Shown here piece after piece: positions 12,887-24,720 of a stretch of DNA of 64,000 nucleotides (positions are counted from its first letter, which is position 1; each line of letters begins with the position of its first letter). A program made the position numbers and the translations under genes. Where the stretch lies: positions 31,958,496 through 32,022,495 of the forward strand of contig NC_083431.1 in the NCBI RefSeq assembly GCF_020745735.1, in the 5' to 3' direction. Origin of the DNA: Hemiscyllium ocellatum (lineage: Eukaryota). The notes under the pieces were generated by a model. That model worked only from the letters and a program-made list of their open reading frames with translations, was not told the origin of the DNA and searched no databases.

Positions 12887-12922
12887 ATTCCTTATGAAGA
12901 GCTTTTGCCCGAAACGTCGATT
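12887..12922 (+). ncRNA. Minimal type I hammerhead ribozyme motif, core mutated (CTTATGA)
   Basis: ATTC-CTTATGA-A-GAGC-TTTT-GCCC-GAAACGTC-GATT. Confidence 0.7.
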
Positions 12923-13837
12923 TCGCTGCACTTTGGATCCTGCCTGAACTGCTGTGCTCTTCCAGCACCACTGATCCAGAATCTGGTTTCCAGCATCTGC
13001 AGTCATTGTTTTTACCTCCTTGAATCTGTTATATGGCAATGCTGTTTTATTTTTCAGTTTTTAACGGCTTTTAACTGTGCCTTTTAGCAAGCCTGTTTAC
13101 TGGAGTGTTGTCTCCATACTTTTGTGGACAAATTGGAAGTGTCCTGAAAACAAAATGGATAGTTTCCCACCTTTCATAATCTAATAAACCATTCCTGTCC
13201 CTTTCTTGGACTACAAAATAAATCCTGCAGCCTCGAAGATGAATTGTATTTGCTTAACAACTTTCCCCAGATGATTCATGCAGTCTGTGTGGCACTTCAT
13301 ATAGTGCCTCTTGCCTTATGTTTCGAGATTACTGTTCACTTTTACAGCTTCTCTGTATGGATCCCAATTTCTATGGGGTCCACCTTAATCATAGGTTCAA
13401 TAATGGGTCTCCCTATCTTGTTGCAGTCACTATCGTCTCCTAACTTTCTTTTTTCTGTCTGTTTGGACATCTAAGTTTCTGTTTTATAACTTTAATTCTG
13501 GCTTTTCACTGTTTTTAATGTGGAGACCTCAACTTAATTCCGTTGTGCTGTTCTTGTTTATGCCTACTGCAGCCATACCTTGTGATGTCCTTCAACAAGG
13601 GCAGCATCACTCACTCTGAGCCTTGCGTACTTTTTAAAATTCTCATCTTTTCAACCATAACTCTGTCATTTATTTGGTCGAGCTTTTTTTTTGCCAACTA
13701 GACATTCCAATTCTACACACAGACTGTCAGATGTCTGTTCATTCTCCAGTGCTGTGCCTTTAATCAGGGCTGCTCCTACAATTCACCAATACCTATCACT
13801 GCCAGGTGTGACCAGTATTCCATTCCCTCTCACTTTG

Positions 13838-13970
13838 AGTTAAAAATCACACAACACCAGGTTATAGTCCAACAGGTTTATTTGGAAGCACTAGCTTTTG
13901 GAGCGCTGCTCCTTCATCAGGTGGTTGTGGAGTATAAGGTTGTAAGACACAGAATTTAGAGCAGAAGTTA
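13838..13970 (-). mobile_element. PLE family B 3' terminal fragment with hammerhead motif
   Basis: Minus strand of 13889-13923 reads CAC-CTGATGA-A-GGAGC-AGC-GCTCC-AAAAGCTA-GTG; homologous to 55849-56046. Confidence 0.8.
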
Positions 13971-15089
13971 AAACTGTTTTAAAGTTAAAATGTGTTTTTC
14001 CCTTGACTGTAGAGTATGCCTTTTAAAACTTGCTTTGCATTTGTCTGCTGCAGACCATCTACCTCGGTTACTCTTAAAATTGTAACCCGAAATTCTTCTG
14101 TGTACGCAGGAATTTGTAAAGTAAAGCTAAATCGATTTCCAATCTGCATCGCTGCGTAGCACTCAGCTAGATTAAATTTTCAGATGGCCACAGACTGATA
14201 CCATGTTGCACACGATGCCATGCTCATGAGCAACTGCCCTTGACAACTGAGATGCAATTTCAATCCAAAATACTTGGTCTGCACATTCCCTTCAATTTTT
14301 GGTTTGAAAAATCTTGAGTTTGATTGGTTCATTTAGGCATGTTTATTCTTTCAAACATTTAATCATCTCCATTTTTTTCATGTGAACGTTTTTCATTTTA
14401 AGTAAAACATTTGACTGACGACAGATCTACTTTTACTCCTAGGGCTCTATAAAACTCAAGACTCAGTGGATAGCATTTTTCACTTTCACTAGCACTTATT
14501 GTCTGCTGTCCATTTACAGGGGAAGCTCATTGAGTAAAGAATCGCAGGCTTAGATCTACGTGCTGTTAGTCTGTGATTAAGAGTGCTATTGGAGCTATGC
14601 TAACAGTGATCCCTGTTGAAGAATAAGTGATATTATAATGAATGAAAAAAATACTTGTGTGATTGTTGCACAGTTACATTTAAATGTAAGTTGACAAGGT
14701 AATTATTTGGGAAGTCATCTATGAAGAGCTTTAGTAGTTGAGCTGAGAATGCAGTGTTTTATTATATGCCTACTCTCTCAACCAACTCAATTGCTGATTA
14801 ATTATTCTGTGATGTACTAGTGGCTTTTAACATGTAGTTAAAAATCAATTACAGATATTGAACACTGCAGATATGGGAAATCTTTCTTTTATGTTTTCAA
14901 CACATAATGTGATATGTTGTAAATCACATTTAAACTGTAGCAGTAACCTACATTGTGATTGTGAGGATTTTAAAACACTTCACTTTCTGATGTCTGCATC
15001 AACACCCTGTGCTTTGAAGAGGCACTAATGGTTTGTAATGGATGTGCAGTTTCTGCCCACCATCATGCAGGCTTTAGGAGGCCAAATTT

Positions 15090-16085
15090 ATTTATTCACT
15101 TATGGGATGTGGGCATTGCTGACAAAGACAGGTATTTATTGCCCATCCCTGGGTTCCCTGGCAGTGAGCATGCTCCTTGCATCACTTGCATAAAGGTCCT
15201 TGTGTTGAAGGTACCCAGACAGTATTTTTAAGGCAAAAGTTCTAAGTATTCCCATTGTGGGAGATTAGAAATGTAGTTTCTGTAGATGGTGGTGTTTAGA
15301 GATGTTGTTTTTGCAGATGGGTGAGGGGGTGTTGTGGGGGGCGGGGAAGGGGAACATTACACAAATGGTCATTGGATTCTTGCAGCATACTTAAGGCTTA
15401 GATTTTAATGAATATAGAGACTTTTGTTTAAGAAATAGTTTTAAACTAAGAAATAACTTTAAAGTGTTGTAGCTGACCACAAAAGAAGCAATAGGGGCAT
15501 TTCACAACAAGCTTATTGTATGATAAGGGGAACTGGATAAAATAACAGAACAGGCTGTGACAGACAAGGACAAGGACATCAGGGTCGTCAGGTAAGGAAA
15601 ATTAGAGAAAAACAAGTGAGGTATTCGGCTTATGATAGAATGGGAAAAGGGAGGTGTGATTCCGCAACTTGCAAACTGAATAAGAATGCTTACATACTTT
15701 GTTTTTGCGTGCTTTTGCTAGCCTGATTGCTTGAGCAAACGCTCGTTCTAGCAAGGCCGTAAAGAATAAAATGTTCTTGTTTCCAAGGCTTTGTCTCAGG
15801 CTGAATTGTGAGTGAGTTTTGTTTCTCACGCCACTAATACTGAGGAAATGGTAATTTAGTTATAAATCAGATGGAGATGAATTTGCAATTGGTAATGTAC
15901 TCACATCTCTGTTGGTCTTGTCCTCCTAAGTGATGAAGTCCATGAGTTTGGATGGAGCTTTTGGAGAAGTCTTGGTGAGGTCTTATACTGCTGTCACTGT
16001 GTACAATTACAGGAGAGTTTGCACGTTTAAAATGATGTTTGGAATACTGATCAAATGAACTGTTTTTGTCCGGGATAGCATTGTT
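15090..16085 (-). mobile_element. Old CR1/L2-type LINE 3' fragment, split by a solo LTR
   Basis: gggatgtgggcattgctg...atttattgcccatccct tail, homologous to 20058-20385, resumes after 15834. Confidence 0.6.
15256..15830 (+). mobile_element. Probable solo LTR (ERV-like, ~575 bp)
   Basis: Starts TGTGGGAGA and ends TTTCTCACG (imperfect terminal inverted repeat, CA>CG); AATAAA at 15765-15770; flanks ccat/ccac; interrupts a LINE fragment. Confidence 0.6.
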
Positions 16086-17057
16086 CCCAAAGATACAAAG
16101 AATGCTGTATGGGCCACATTTATAGGCCTATGGCTTTGCTTAGTGAGAGCAGAGAAAGCAGTTCAAAACAGTTAATTGCTGAACGTGAGCTTCCTGCTGT
16201 CTGCAGAAGGCCCGTAGAGATGTGTGATGTGTAACTGAAAATCTTGTTTAGTGCTGAAAGGCCGAAATCTCAGCATTGGCGGTGGTTTGAATAAAATGGC
16301 AGCCGCAGAATCCAACATATTTCCATTAGCTGGCAGCAATGCTCTCCCTGGGGAGCAGAAAGCAAAACTGTCTCACATGGTGGTATCACATGCCTGAGGA
16401 GGTACACCACCTCATTTATGCTGCCACACTCGCACTCGAGTTGAGACTGCAGTGTAACTGGGACGTGAAGTACGTGTATCCGCTGAAAGACAACTGCAGA
16501 AAATATTGAATTTGTATTACTAATTTATTATTCTGTCTGAATTTGTTTATTTTCCAAAAAAGCTGCTGATTTTTAAAATTCAAAATGTAATTGATCATTA
16601 AGAGTTAAGAGAGAGACAGTCTGGTAATATGTCAGGAAAATGCTTTAAGACCCCTGGGGTGTAGTGAAGTACCAAGCAAATGGTTTGCGTTATGAATGAA
16701 TCAAAATGCCACTGGCCAAAGCTTGCTCAGAACTGCTGACACTGGTTTCCGGCAACCAGTTTACAGTAATGCACTTGGTGATTTAGCAGTCACACTGAGG
16801 AAATAGAAGTGTTCCCTGAAGCCCCATTTCTACAGTGAGCCATGGTTCAGATTCAATCTGAATAAACTGCTAATCTGAATTTAAATGCTCTAGGTAAACA
16901 TAAAGGATCAACAAAAATTAACTGTGACCAGTTTCAATTAAATTCAATTAGGTTTACTTTTATATTATAAACGTTGGGAATCCCAAGCCAAGAGTGAATG
17001 CACATTGCCTGTGGAATAAAGTGTTCGATGTCCACAAAGAAAAACAGATGCAAATGG

Positions 17058-18270
17058 TCAGAAACAAAAGCAGAAATTGCTGGAAAAGCACAGCAGGTCT
17101 GGCAGCATCTGTGGTGGGAAATGAGAATTAACATTTCACATCCAGTGACCCTTTCTCTGAACTGATGGTAGCGAGGAAAAAGTTGTTTTTATGCAGAAGA
17201 TAGGGTGAGAGGCGGGATGAAGGACGAGCCAAGAGCCCAAAGAGAGAGCACGGTTGGACAAAGGAATGGAAAGCAATCGGTCTAGGAGAACAAATAGCTG
17301 CTAATGAGGACAATTAGTAGCTAACAATGGGTTGTGTGTAATAGCAGATTGTGAAAACAAGGTTTGGTGTGGGGAGGTTGGGGTAAGGATATGGGAAAGC
17401 TCAATCCCTAAAGTTATTGAATTCAATATTGAGTCCAGAAGACAGTAGAGTCCTCAAGTGGAAAATGAGATGCTGGTTTTCCAGCTTAAACTGAGCTTCA
17501 CTGGAGCACTGCAGCAAGCCTGAGACAGGGATGTTGGTCCAGATGAGGGGGGTATGTTGAACTGGCAGACGACTGGAAGCTCAGGAACGTTTTTGCAGAT
17601 AAAATACAGATGTTCTGCAAAGTCTGTGTTTTGTCTCCCCAGTATAGTGGAGACCACATTCTGAGAAGCGAGTGCAGTACACTAGATTGTGTGAACTGCA
17701 ATTGCTGCTTCATCTCAAAGGTGCGTCTGGGCCCTTGGATACTGAGGATGAAGGAATAAACAAGCAGGAGTTATACTTTCTGCGGTTTCAGGGAAAGGTA
17801 CTGTGGAGCTGTGAGGGGTGGTGTTGGTAGAAGGAGGAATGGACCACGGTATCCTGGAGGGAATGGTCCTTGCAGGAGGCTCACTGGAGAAGGGAATATA
17901 TGTCTCTTGGTGGCTCCTGCTGGATGTGGTGGAAATGGCAACTAATGATTAACCCCCACACATCTGGCCTTGTTATCACTTGAGCTGCTGTTACACACAG
18001 CCCATTGTTAGCCACTAATAGACCCCATTAACAGCTATTCATTCTCCCAGGCTGATCATTATCCATTGCTTTGTCTGTCCACCTGTTGTCCTCTCTCTTT
18101 GGGGTCTATCTCCCAATTATCATTTCCTCCTTACCCCCTACTCCCCTCTCCCCCACCCTAAAAACTTTTCCCAGCTGCCATTGGTTCTGAGGAAGGGTCA
18201 CTGGACTGTTAACTCTGATTTCTCTCCACAGATGCTGCCAGATCTGCTTTTCCAGCAATTACTGTCTTTG
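17058..18270. mobile_element. PLE family C with inverted architecture: antisense GIY-YIG/3' end (17058-~17950) and sense 3' end (~17955-18270)
   Basis: Minus strand encodes SVSGLLQCSSEAQFKLENQHLIFHLRTLLSSGLNIEFNN (PLE endonuclease C-terminus); the two termini are reverse-complementary; relic hammerhead CTGAGGAAGGGTCACTGGAC at ~18187. Confidence 0.8.
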
Positions 18271-18279
18271 CTGTGGGAC

Positions 18280-18497
18280 TTAGTTTAGCTCAGTTGGCTA
18301 GATCATTGGTTTGCAGAGCAGTGTGATGCCAGTAGCGTGGGTTCTATTCCCATCACTGGTTTGAGGTTACCATGAAGGACTCTCCTTCTCAACCTTTTCC
18401 CTCACCCGAGGTCTGGTGGCCCTCAGGTAACTCACCATGAGTCACTTCTCTCTCATAAGAGAGCAGCCCCTATGATCTGGTTAGACAATGGCAAAGT
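18280..18497 (+). mobile_element. tRNA-derived SINE
   Basis: A-box TAGCTCAGTTGG and B-box GGTTCTATTCC; related decayed copies at ~3950 and ~8840. Confidence 0.7.
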
Positions 18498-19052
18498 CAC
18501 CGTTTTGCTCCTTTTGGTTTTCATGTTTCGGGTGAAGCTTGCGACAGAATGATGAGACATAGGAAGTTCCAATTATTTGCTGCAAAGTAAACATTTCCTT
18601 CAGTAGTTCCCCCACTATACACCTTGGGTTTTGAGACAGTAGTGGAGACTTGCTGACTTTTTTTATAACATGGCTGGGTAAGTCCCAGTTTTAGCAGGCC
18701 TACCTCCATTTCCAACAGAACCAGTTTTTGTCAAAAAGGGGAAAGGAGATGTGCATGTGGTTCACAAGAATAATTCAAATTTAGCAAGGCTATTGATGAG
18801 ATTTAAATCTCAGTTCCAGGACGGAGTGGATCTTTGCAATGATATGAAAGCAACATATCCCAACCTGGAAGTACATTCCAGTTCCAGTTGCTCTAATTGA
18901 AATTCTCCCATTTTCCACTGTTAGTTTTTAGTTGGAGCAATTAAAGTTCAAGCACTAAAATATATGAGGAATAAACTAGTTGTTTGCAACATCCATTCAA
19001 ACATTCCCAGTTTTTACTGTAGCATGGACCTGCATTCACCACCTGCATTCAT

Positions 19053-19365
19053 GGGTGGCACGGTGGCACAGTGGTTAGCACTGCTGCCTCACAGCGCCTG
19101 AGACCCGGGTTCAATTCCTGACTCAGGCGACTGACTGGGTGGAGTTTGCACATTCTCCCAGTGTCTGCGTGGGTTTCCTCCAGGTGCTCCGGTTTCCTCC
19201 CACAGTCCAAAGATGTGCGGGTCAGGTGAATTGGCCATGCTAAATTGCCCGTAGTATTAGGTAAGGGGTAAATGTAGGGGTATGGGTGGGTTGCGCTTCG
19301 GCGGGTCGGTGTGGACTTGTTGGGCCGAAGGGCCTGTTTCCACACTGTAAGTCTAATCTAATCTA
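19053..19365 (+). mobile_element. HE1-type V-SINE, full length
   Basis: Head, V-domain and (TCTAA)n tail as in 1904-2218. Confidence 0.93.
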
Positions 19366-20057
19366 GTAGCTGCACACTTTTAGAGTATTCATAGTAGGGA
19401 AGTTAGGCTCTGTACGACTGTCAGGCTGTGATGTTATTTACATCCCCAACGCTGTAAAAAGAGAAAAAAAAGCATGCTCTGTCAGTGCTGGGTAAAAGAA
19501 AATTTTTGATGTGAAGTTAATGAATTCCTTATTTTGAAAAATTTTCAATCTGCACTTATCTCTATCATTGAGAACGAAGGAAAAAAAGTACTGTTCTTTT
19601 TGTTGCAATAACTGCTGATATCACTTCAAGGGCTGTCGCTATATTATTTTTATTAGTTGGCTGCTTTTCACAACCTACAATTATCCCAACAGTGGGCTTG
19701 TAACTTCACAGTTTTATTGATAGCTCAAAGAGGTTATGAAAGGATTAGCTGTCCTGGATGTGGGTGTCATAAATATGAATCTATTTGCTTTGATTTTGGT
19801 TAATTGAAGAGTTTTAAAGCTTTTAATAGGTTTTTAATTAATTTAATTTTTCTATAATAGCATTTTTAATAGATCTTTTGTTAATCTCAACATGGTTGCT
19901 GAGTTCTTGCTGTAGTTGATGCTAGCATCTGTTTCCTTGCCAACAGAGTTAAATTGCGCTGTTTGGGGTAAACTTTTCCAATGTGAGTGCAGTGAGCCAG
20001 GAGATTTCCTCACTTGTGTGTCCTGACTCGAAGGTTAAAATTCAAGCTAACCTTTTT

Positions 20058-20385
20058 CAGATTCACTTGTGGGTCGCAGGTTCCACTGGCTGGGCCAGCA
20101 TTTATTGTCCATCCCAAGTTGTCCTTGCAAAGGTGTTAGTGGGCAGCCTCCTTGAACTGCTGCAGCCCATATTGCTAAGATGGAATAAAAATATTGTTCG
20201 GGAAGGAATTTTAGAATTTTGACCCAGCAACACTGAAAGAATGGCAATATATTTAGAAGTCAGTGTAATGTGTGGCTTGGGGGGGAATCTTGCAAGTGGT
20301 GATGTTTCAGTGTATCTGCTACCTTTGTTCTTCTAAATGGTATTACTCATAGGTTTTGAAGTGGCTGTCCAAGGATCTTTGGCAA
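20058..20385 (-). mobile_element. CR1/L2-type LINE 3' end
   Basis: ggctgggccagcatttattgtccatcc...ttttgacccagc...; homologous to 36430-36750 and 48010-48660. Confidence 0.7.
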
Positions 20386-20649
20386 ATCATTGACATTGTT
20401 TCTGTAATCAGATCTGGTTGTAGATTCAAAATGGGGATTTGGGGTCGAGTTGCCAAACACTTGTTGTTGCGACAGACTCGAACAGGCTGCAGAATGTTCT
20501 GCTTTTCATTTAGTCATCACCCTGTCAATTGGGAGTTGTCTGTTGCATCGCCTGTATAACTCCAGTTGCTGTATTGCTAAGTGGTTGGAATTAAAAAGGT
20601 CTTCACCTTTCAAGTATGTTTGGCACTCATTGAAAGAGTAGCCGCCCAT

Positions 20650-20970
20650 GGGAAAATGTGGCAGGCAGTTTAAGCAAAGCAAGGTCCCACAAACAAAAAT
20701 GAGATGGTTGAGGGGAGAATCTGTTTGAGCATTGTTAGTGAAGGAACAAATGTTGTGCAGATAAATTTCCTCTTATCCTTGGAATATTACTGCCTGTGGG
20801 GACAGATGTGGTCTCAGTTTAACGTCTGATTCAAACTCTAACTCCTCCAACAATATACAAATCCCATAATACTGAAATGTGTAGCATTGAATTGTTATGT
20901 TTCTGGAGTGGTGTTTGAACAGACAAACTTGTGACTCTGGGACCCACCACCAGTGAGCCCAAGACTGACC
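20650..20970 (-). mobile_element. Decayed Deu-domain SINE (SacSINE1-like)
   Basis: gcaaggtcccacaaac Deu-like core, ggtctcagtttaacgtc, and tRNA-like head ending ggagtggtgtttgaac. Confidence 0.55.
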
Positions 20971-21564
20971 CTGAATCAGTCCATAAATCTGTACCTGTTA
21001 CTAAGGCTACATGAAACTCAATTTAGAACATAAGAAATGGTGTTCAAGTGATCTGCAAATAAAGCTTTGTAGATAGGTCTTAGGAGCAGGATGAAAATAT
21101 TGCAGTGAATATTTACTGTATCTTAACATGTTAATTTGAATAAGTAAACAGCCTCTGTTGTAAAGTAGCCATCAACTAGTTGTAACACTAGTTGACAGGC
21201 ATGGTTCCATTGGGGAAAAAAATCATCTTTAATGCAGCATATTTGAATAAATGTAAATAATTAGACAAGTACGAAAGAATTAGACATTACTATACATGTT
21301 CAAATCTCTTGAAGGCCATTGCCTATCTATCACTAGAACTGCTTCTAGTTCCATAACCATTTCTAATATATGTATTCTCCATTTCTGGATTCTAGTGCAC
21401 TCCTCTTCCCTTTATCACATTCTTATTGCCGATATCTTCAGCCATTTGAAGTGTATACTCTTGAGTTCTCTCCACAAAGACTTTTTCTTTCCAGCTGTCT
21501 ATTCCTTTATAAGATGCTCTTTAAATCTGTCTGTCTGATCAGACTTTTTTTTTACATAAGTACA

Positions 21565-22730
21565 TAATAAATAGGAACAGGAATAGGCCATACGATCCTT
21601 TGAATCTTCTTGGACATTCACTAAGATTATGGCTGATCATCTATGTCCATCCATCTTGCTAGACAATGGCCACATCCCATCCCCCAAGTATCTAAAAATC
21701 TCTCAAGCCCAGTCCTGAATATACTTAGTAACGAAGCGCACACAGCTGTCTGTGATGTAGAATTGCCAATGTTCACAACCCTCTGAGTGAAGGCACTTCT
21801 CCTCATTTCAGTTCTAAATGACCAACTCCTTATTCTGAGACCCCTTGTGCTAGATTGCCCAGCCAGGGGGAACATTTCAGCGTGTACCCTGTCAAGTATT
21901 AACAATTTCATATATTTCAAATAGATTACCTCTCATTCTTCAAAACATCTGGGAAAAAGGCTTAGTCTACCCAGTCTCACCTCAGAAAAATTGCTGGATC
22001 CAAAGAACCAATCTAGTGAACCATCATTGCATTCCTTCATCACCCTCAGGAAAGGAGACCAAAACGACCCATAGTACTTCAACTGTAGCCTCACAAATGT
22101 CTATATTATAAATAACATTTCTTTCCTATTATGGCCTTTGTAACAGAAGCTAACACACCACTTACATTTCTAACTGCTTGCTGCTCCTGTTTTCTGTGAT
22201 TCATGTACTGGGCAGCCATATCCTTCTAAATACAAACCTTTCTCTGTCTCTCCCCATTTAAACATGTTCAGCTTTACTTTCGTATCAAAGGGTATAACTT
22301 CATTTTTCACCGGATTGTATTCTACCTGTCCTCGTCCATTCAAGTAAACTGTTGTGTCTCTCCAGCCTCTCTACGTTGTGTTCACCCTTTACTTTCTTAC
22401 ATAGTCTCATATCATCAGGATACAGGAACATTTTACATTCGTCAATGTTAGTAAGACAAATTGCAAATAGCTAAGGCCCAAGTATTGATCCTTGCGTTCC
22501 CTCAATTGTTACAGTTTCTGAACCCATTTATTTCTGCTCTCTGATTCCTGCCTATTAACTGACCTGTATTTGAAACTAATTTATTGCCCTTAATCTGCGG
22601 AGCACTAATATTTTGTAGTAACCTCCTGTGTGGCAACTTATTGAAGTTTTTTTAAAAATCCAATTACACTCCCTCATTGACCCTGCTAGTTACATTTTCA
22701 AAATGTCGTACAGATTTGTCTAACACTTGT
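21565..22730 (-). mobile_element. CR1-clade LINE 3' fragment (~1.1 kb, decayed)
   Basis: Minus ORF 21627-21920 LRIRSWSFRTEMRRSAFTQRVVNIGNS is the CR1 RT C-terminus; tail aaataggaacaggaataggcc. Confidence 0.8.
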
Positions 22731-22907
22731 CTCTGATCACATTCCTGTGGTTTCCAAATTTGGCTCAATTGTCAATTTTGTTTCATAGCATTTTTTCCTA
22801 AATGATGATATACCAGTTACAGGAGCACCAACATGGTGACCATGACTTGACTTAGTGTGCGAGGATTAATGTATTATGCTGGGAGAAGCTGATATTGTGG
22901 GTCATGT

Positions 22908-23000
22908 ACAAAAACAGAAATTGCTGGAAAAGCTCACCAGATCTGGCACTGAACCTGAATGTTTCAGGTTCAGTGACCTTTCCTCAGAACTCACGGTAGC
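22908..23000 (-). mobile_element. PLE family C 3' terminal fragment with hammerhead relic
   Basis: Minus strand GTT-CTGAGGA-A-AGGTCACTGAACCT-GAAACATT; homologous to 17058-17170. Confidence 0.7.
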
Positions 23001-23004
23001 GATA

Positions 23005-23340
23005 ATGTAATTCACCTGGTAATCTAGAGGCCCAGGGAGATGCATTCAATCTGCAGATCCAGATCCCATCACAGGAGCTGGTGGGATTTAAATTTGGTTG
23101 CTATTTCTAGAATTAAAAAATTGTTTTACAATGATGACTATGAAGCCATCATCAATTGTTAAAAAAAGAACTCACATCCATGAAAGAAATGTATCCTGAC
23201 CTCATCTGGCCAATATGTGACTCCACAGCCATGTGTTCGGCTCTTCTATGTCCTCTGAAATGGCCCGGCAACTCGCTCAGTTCAAGGGCAGTTATAGATG
23301 GACAGCAAATGCAGTAACCCTCATATCTCATGAAAGGAAA
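23005..23340 (+). mobile_element. Decayed tRNA-derived SINE (family of 38547-38895)
   Basis: atgtgactccacagcc...ctctgaaatggcc...ctcagttcaagggcagtta matches the family body and tail. Confidence 0.6.
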
Positions 23341-23401
23341 AGAGAAAGGACACATCCAGCGTTTGCAAGAATAAGTATATTGATCAGATCCCGATGCATC
23401 T

Positions 23402-23671
23402 TTAGATTAGATTAGACTAGACTTACAGTGTGGAAACAGGCCCTTCGGCCCAACAAGTCCACACCGACCCGCCGAAGCGCAACCCACCCATACCCCTACA
23501 TTTACCCCTTACCTAACACTACGGGCAATTTAGCATGGTCAATTCACCTAACCCGCACATCTTTGGACTGTGGGAGGAAACCGGAGCACCCGGAGGAAAC
23601 CCACGCTGACACGGGGAGAACGTGCAAACTCCACACACAGTCGCCTGAGTCGGGAATTGAACCCGGGTCTC
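23402..23671 (-). mobile_element. HE1-type V-SINE lacking ~45 nt of the 5' head
   Basis: Near-identical to the 19053 copy up to the B-box; A-box missing. Confidence 0.9.
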
Positions 23672-24449
23672 CTTCATGTTCAGCAAAACCTGCACAGTTA
23701 CAGAGGCCATGCCGGAAACGTTACTCCTGCAAAGGTGGCGTGTAACCTTCTGGAAATTTTCCTAAAATTGGGTCCTGATAAATATTATACCATTATGCAG
23801 ATCAGTGTCCTCAGGACAGAGGATTCTGGTAGCAGATTAAAAAAAAACCCTGCAAATTCAACTCCTACTTGATTACTTAAGTGTGTAATCTCAGATGATA
23901 CCAAAAGATGCATTTTCTTTGACCACACACTAAATTGTGGCTCTACTTGTCTTGGTTGATGCAGATGGGTGTCAAAGTTTCTGTTCAAAATAGTGAATCT
24001 TCCTGTTAACCTGACCAGTAGTTTTCCTTTCATTGGTATTGCTGTTTCTGAGATCCTGCATGCAAAACAGCACATGGTATTTGAAGACATCATTGTGCGT
24101 GACCTGTTGAGGTGTCATGTAAATCCTAGGAAGGAGCTTGCATCTTAGTCAAATGTCTATTGTCAATTAACAGTGTTTGCACTGTTACAAAGCAAAATTC
24201 GGTCTGTACTGGGAATCCAAAATTAAAGGAGAAACAACGGAAATACTCCTCATCGAGCTGAAAAGTTTTCCTCTTACTGTGGTGTATTTCTTGAGTTTGT
24301 GCTCTTATTTAATATTCATCTTAGAGCCAATTGCAACCAAAACTGAAAATTGTGGTGTATTCAGTGTCCACATTCAGGCTGCATCTTCATGACAGTGCCC
24401 ACTTCCAGCTGTCAGGAAATAAGGGATTTATTCATTGTTGCAAGCAATG

Positions 24450-24720
24450 CAGAGCAGAGCAATGAAGCTGATCCCTGAACTCAGACATTAGAGTTATGAG
24501 GGAGACTGGAGAAAATTGAGCTTATCCAGCTGGAAAAGATTCATCCAAGAGAATTGGTTTAATAAAAGTAATGATGGTAAATGGGATGGAAAAGACTAAT
24601 CCAGGCAACTGTTTTAAATTAAATACTGCGTGTAAGACAAGGGAGCATTGATTCATAATGATAAAGCATAACTTTGAGGGTTGTCAGAAGATTTCCCAAG
24701 TATTAAATATTTGGATTACA
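24450..24720 (+). mobile_element. Very old CR1 fragment
   Basis: gcagagcagagcaatgaagctgatccctg...gagttatgagggagactgg resembles the CR1 QRRATK..LSYEERL region. Confidence 0.45.

Larger units (their letters stand above)
10951..13017 (+). mobile_element. Penelope-like element (Neptune-type), 5' truncated, with internal deletions
   Basis: TIKPADKGGA, FYLLPKIHKP...GRSIVS, KGVAMGT, RYIDD, LPFLD and GIY-YIG motifs; 3' terminus carries a hammerhead motif. Confidence 0.93.
10180..13800 (-). mobile_element. Highly decayed Gypsy-like LTR retrotransposon pol relic, interrupted by the PLE at 10951-13017
   Basis: Minus-strand RTRSGRAVKPPQWLNL (~10260-10310) resembles the C-terminal motif of many Gypsy integrases; frameshifted echoes of NGLAE-x-V-x-VK (~13050-13095) and DP-L...GWP (~13375-13420) lie in the expected order. 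Confidence 0.38.

Noticed and set aside
19053-19125. tRNA-like sequences with A and B boxes
   Set aside because: They are SINE heads followed by SINE bodies, not tRNA genes
19049-19345. Repeated ~100-aa ORFs MWKQALRPNKSTP... (also 23428 and 2061)
   Set aside because: Antisense readings of HE1 SINE copies
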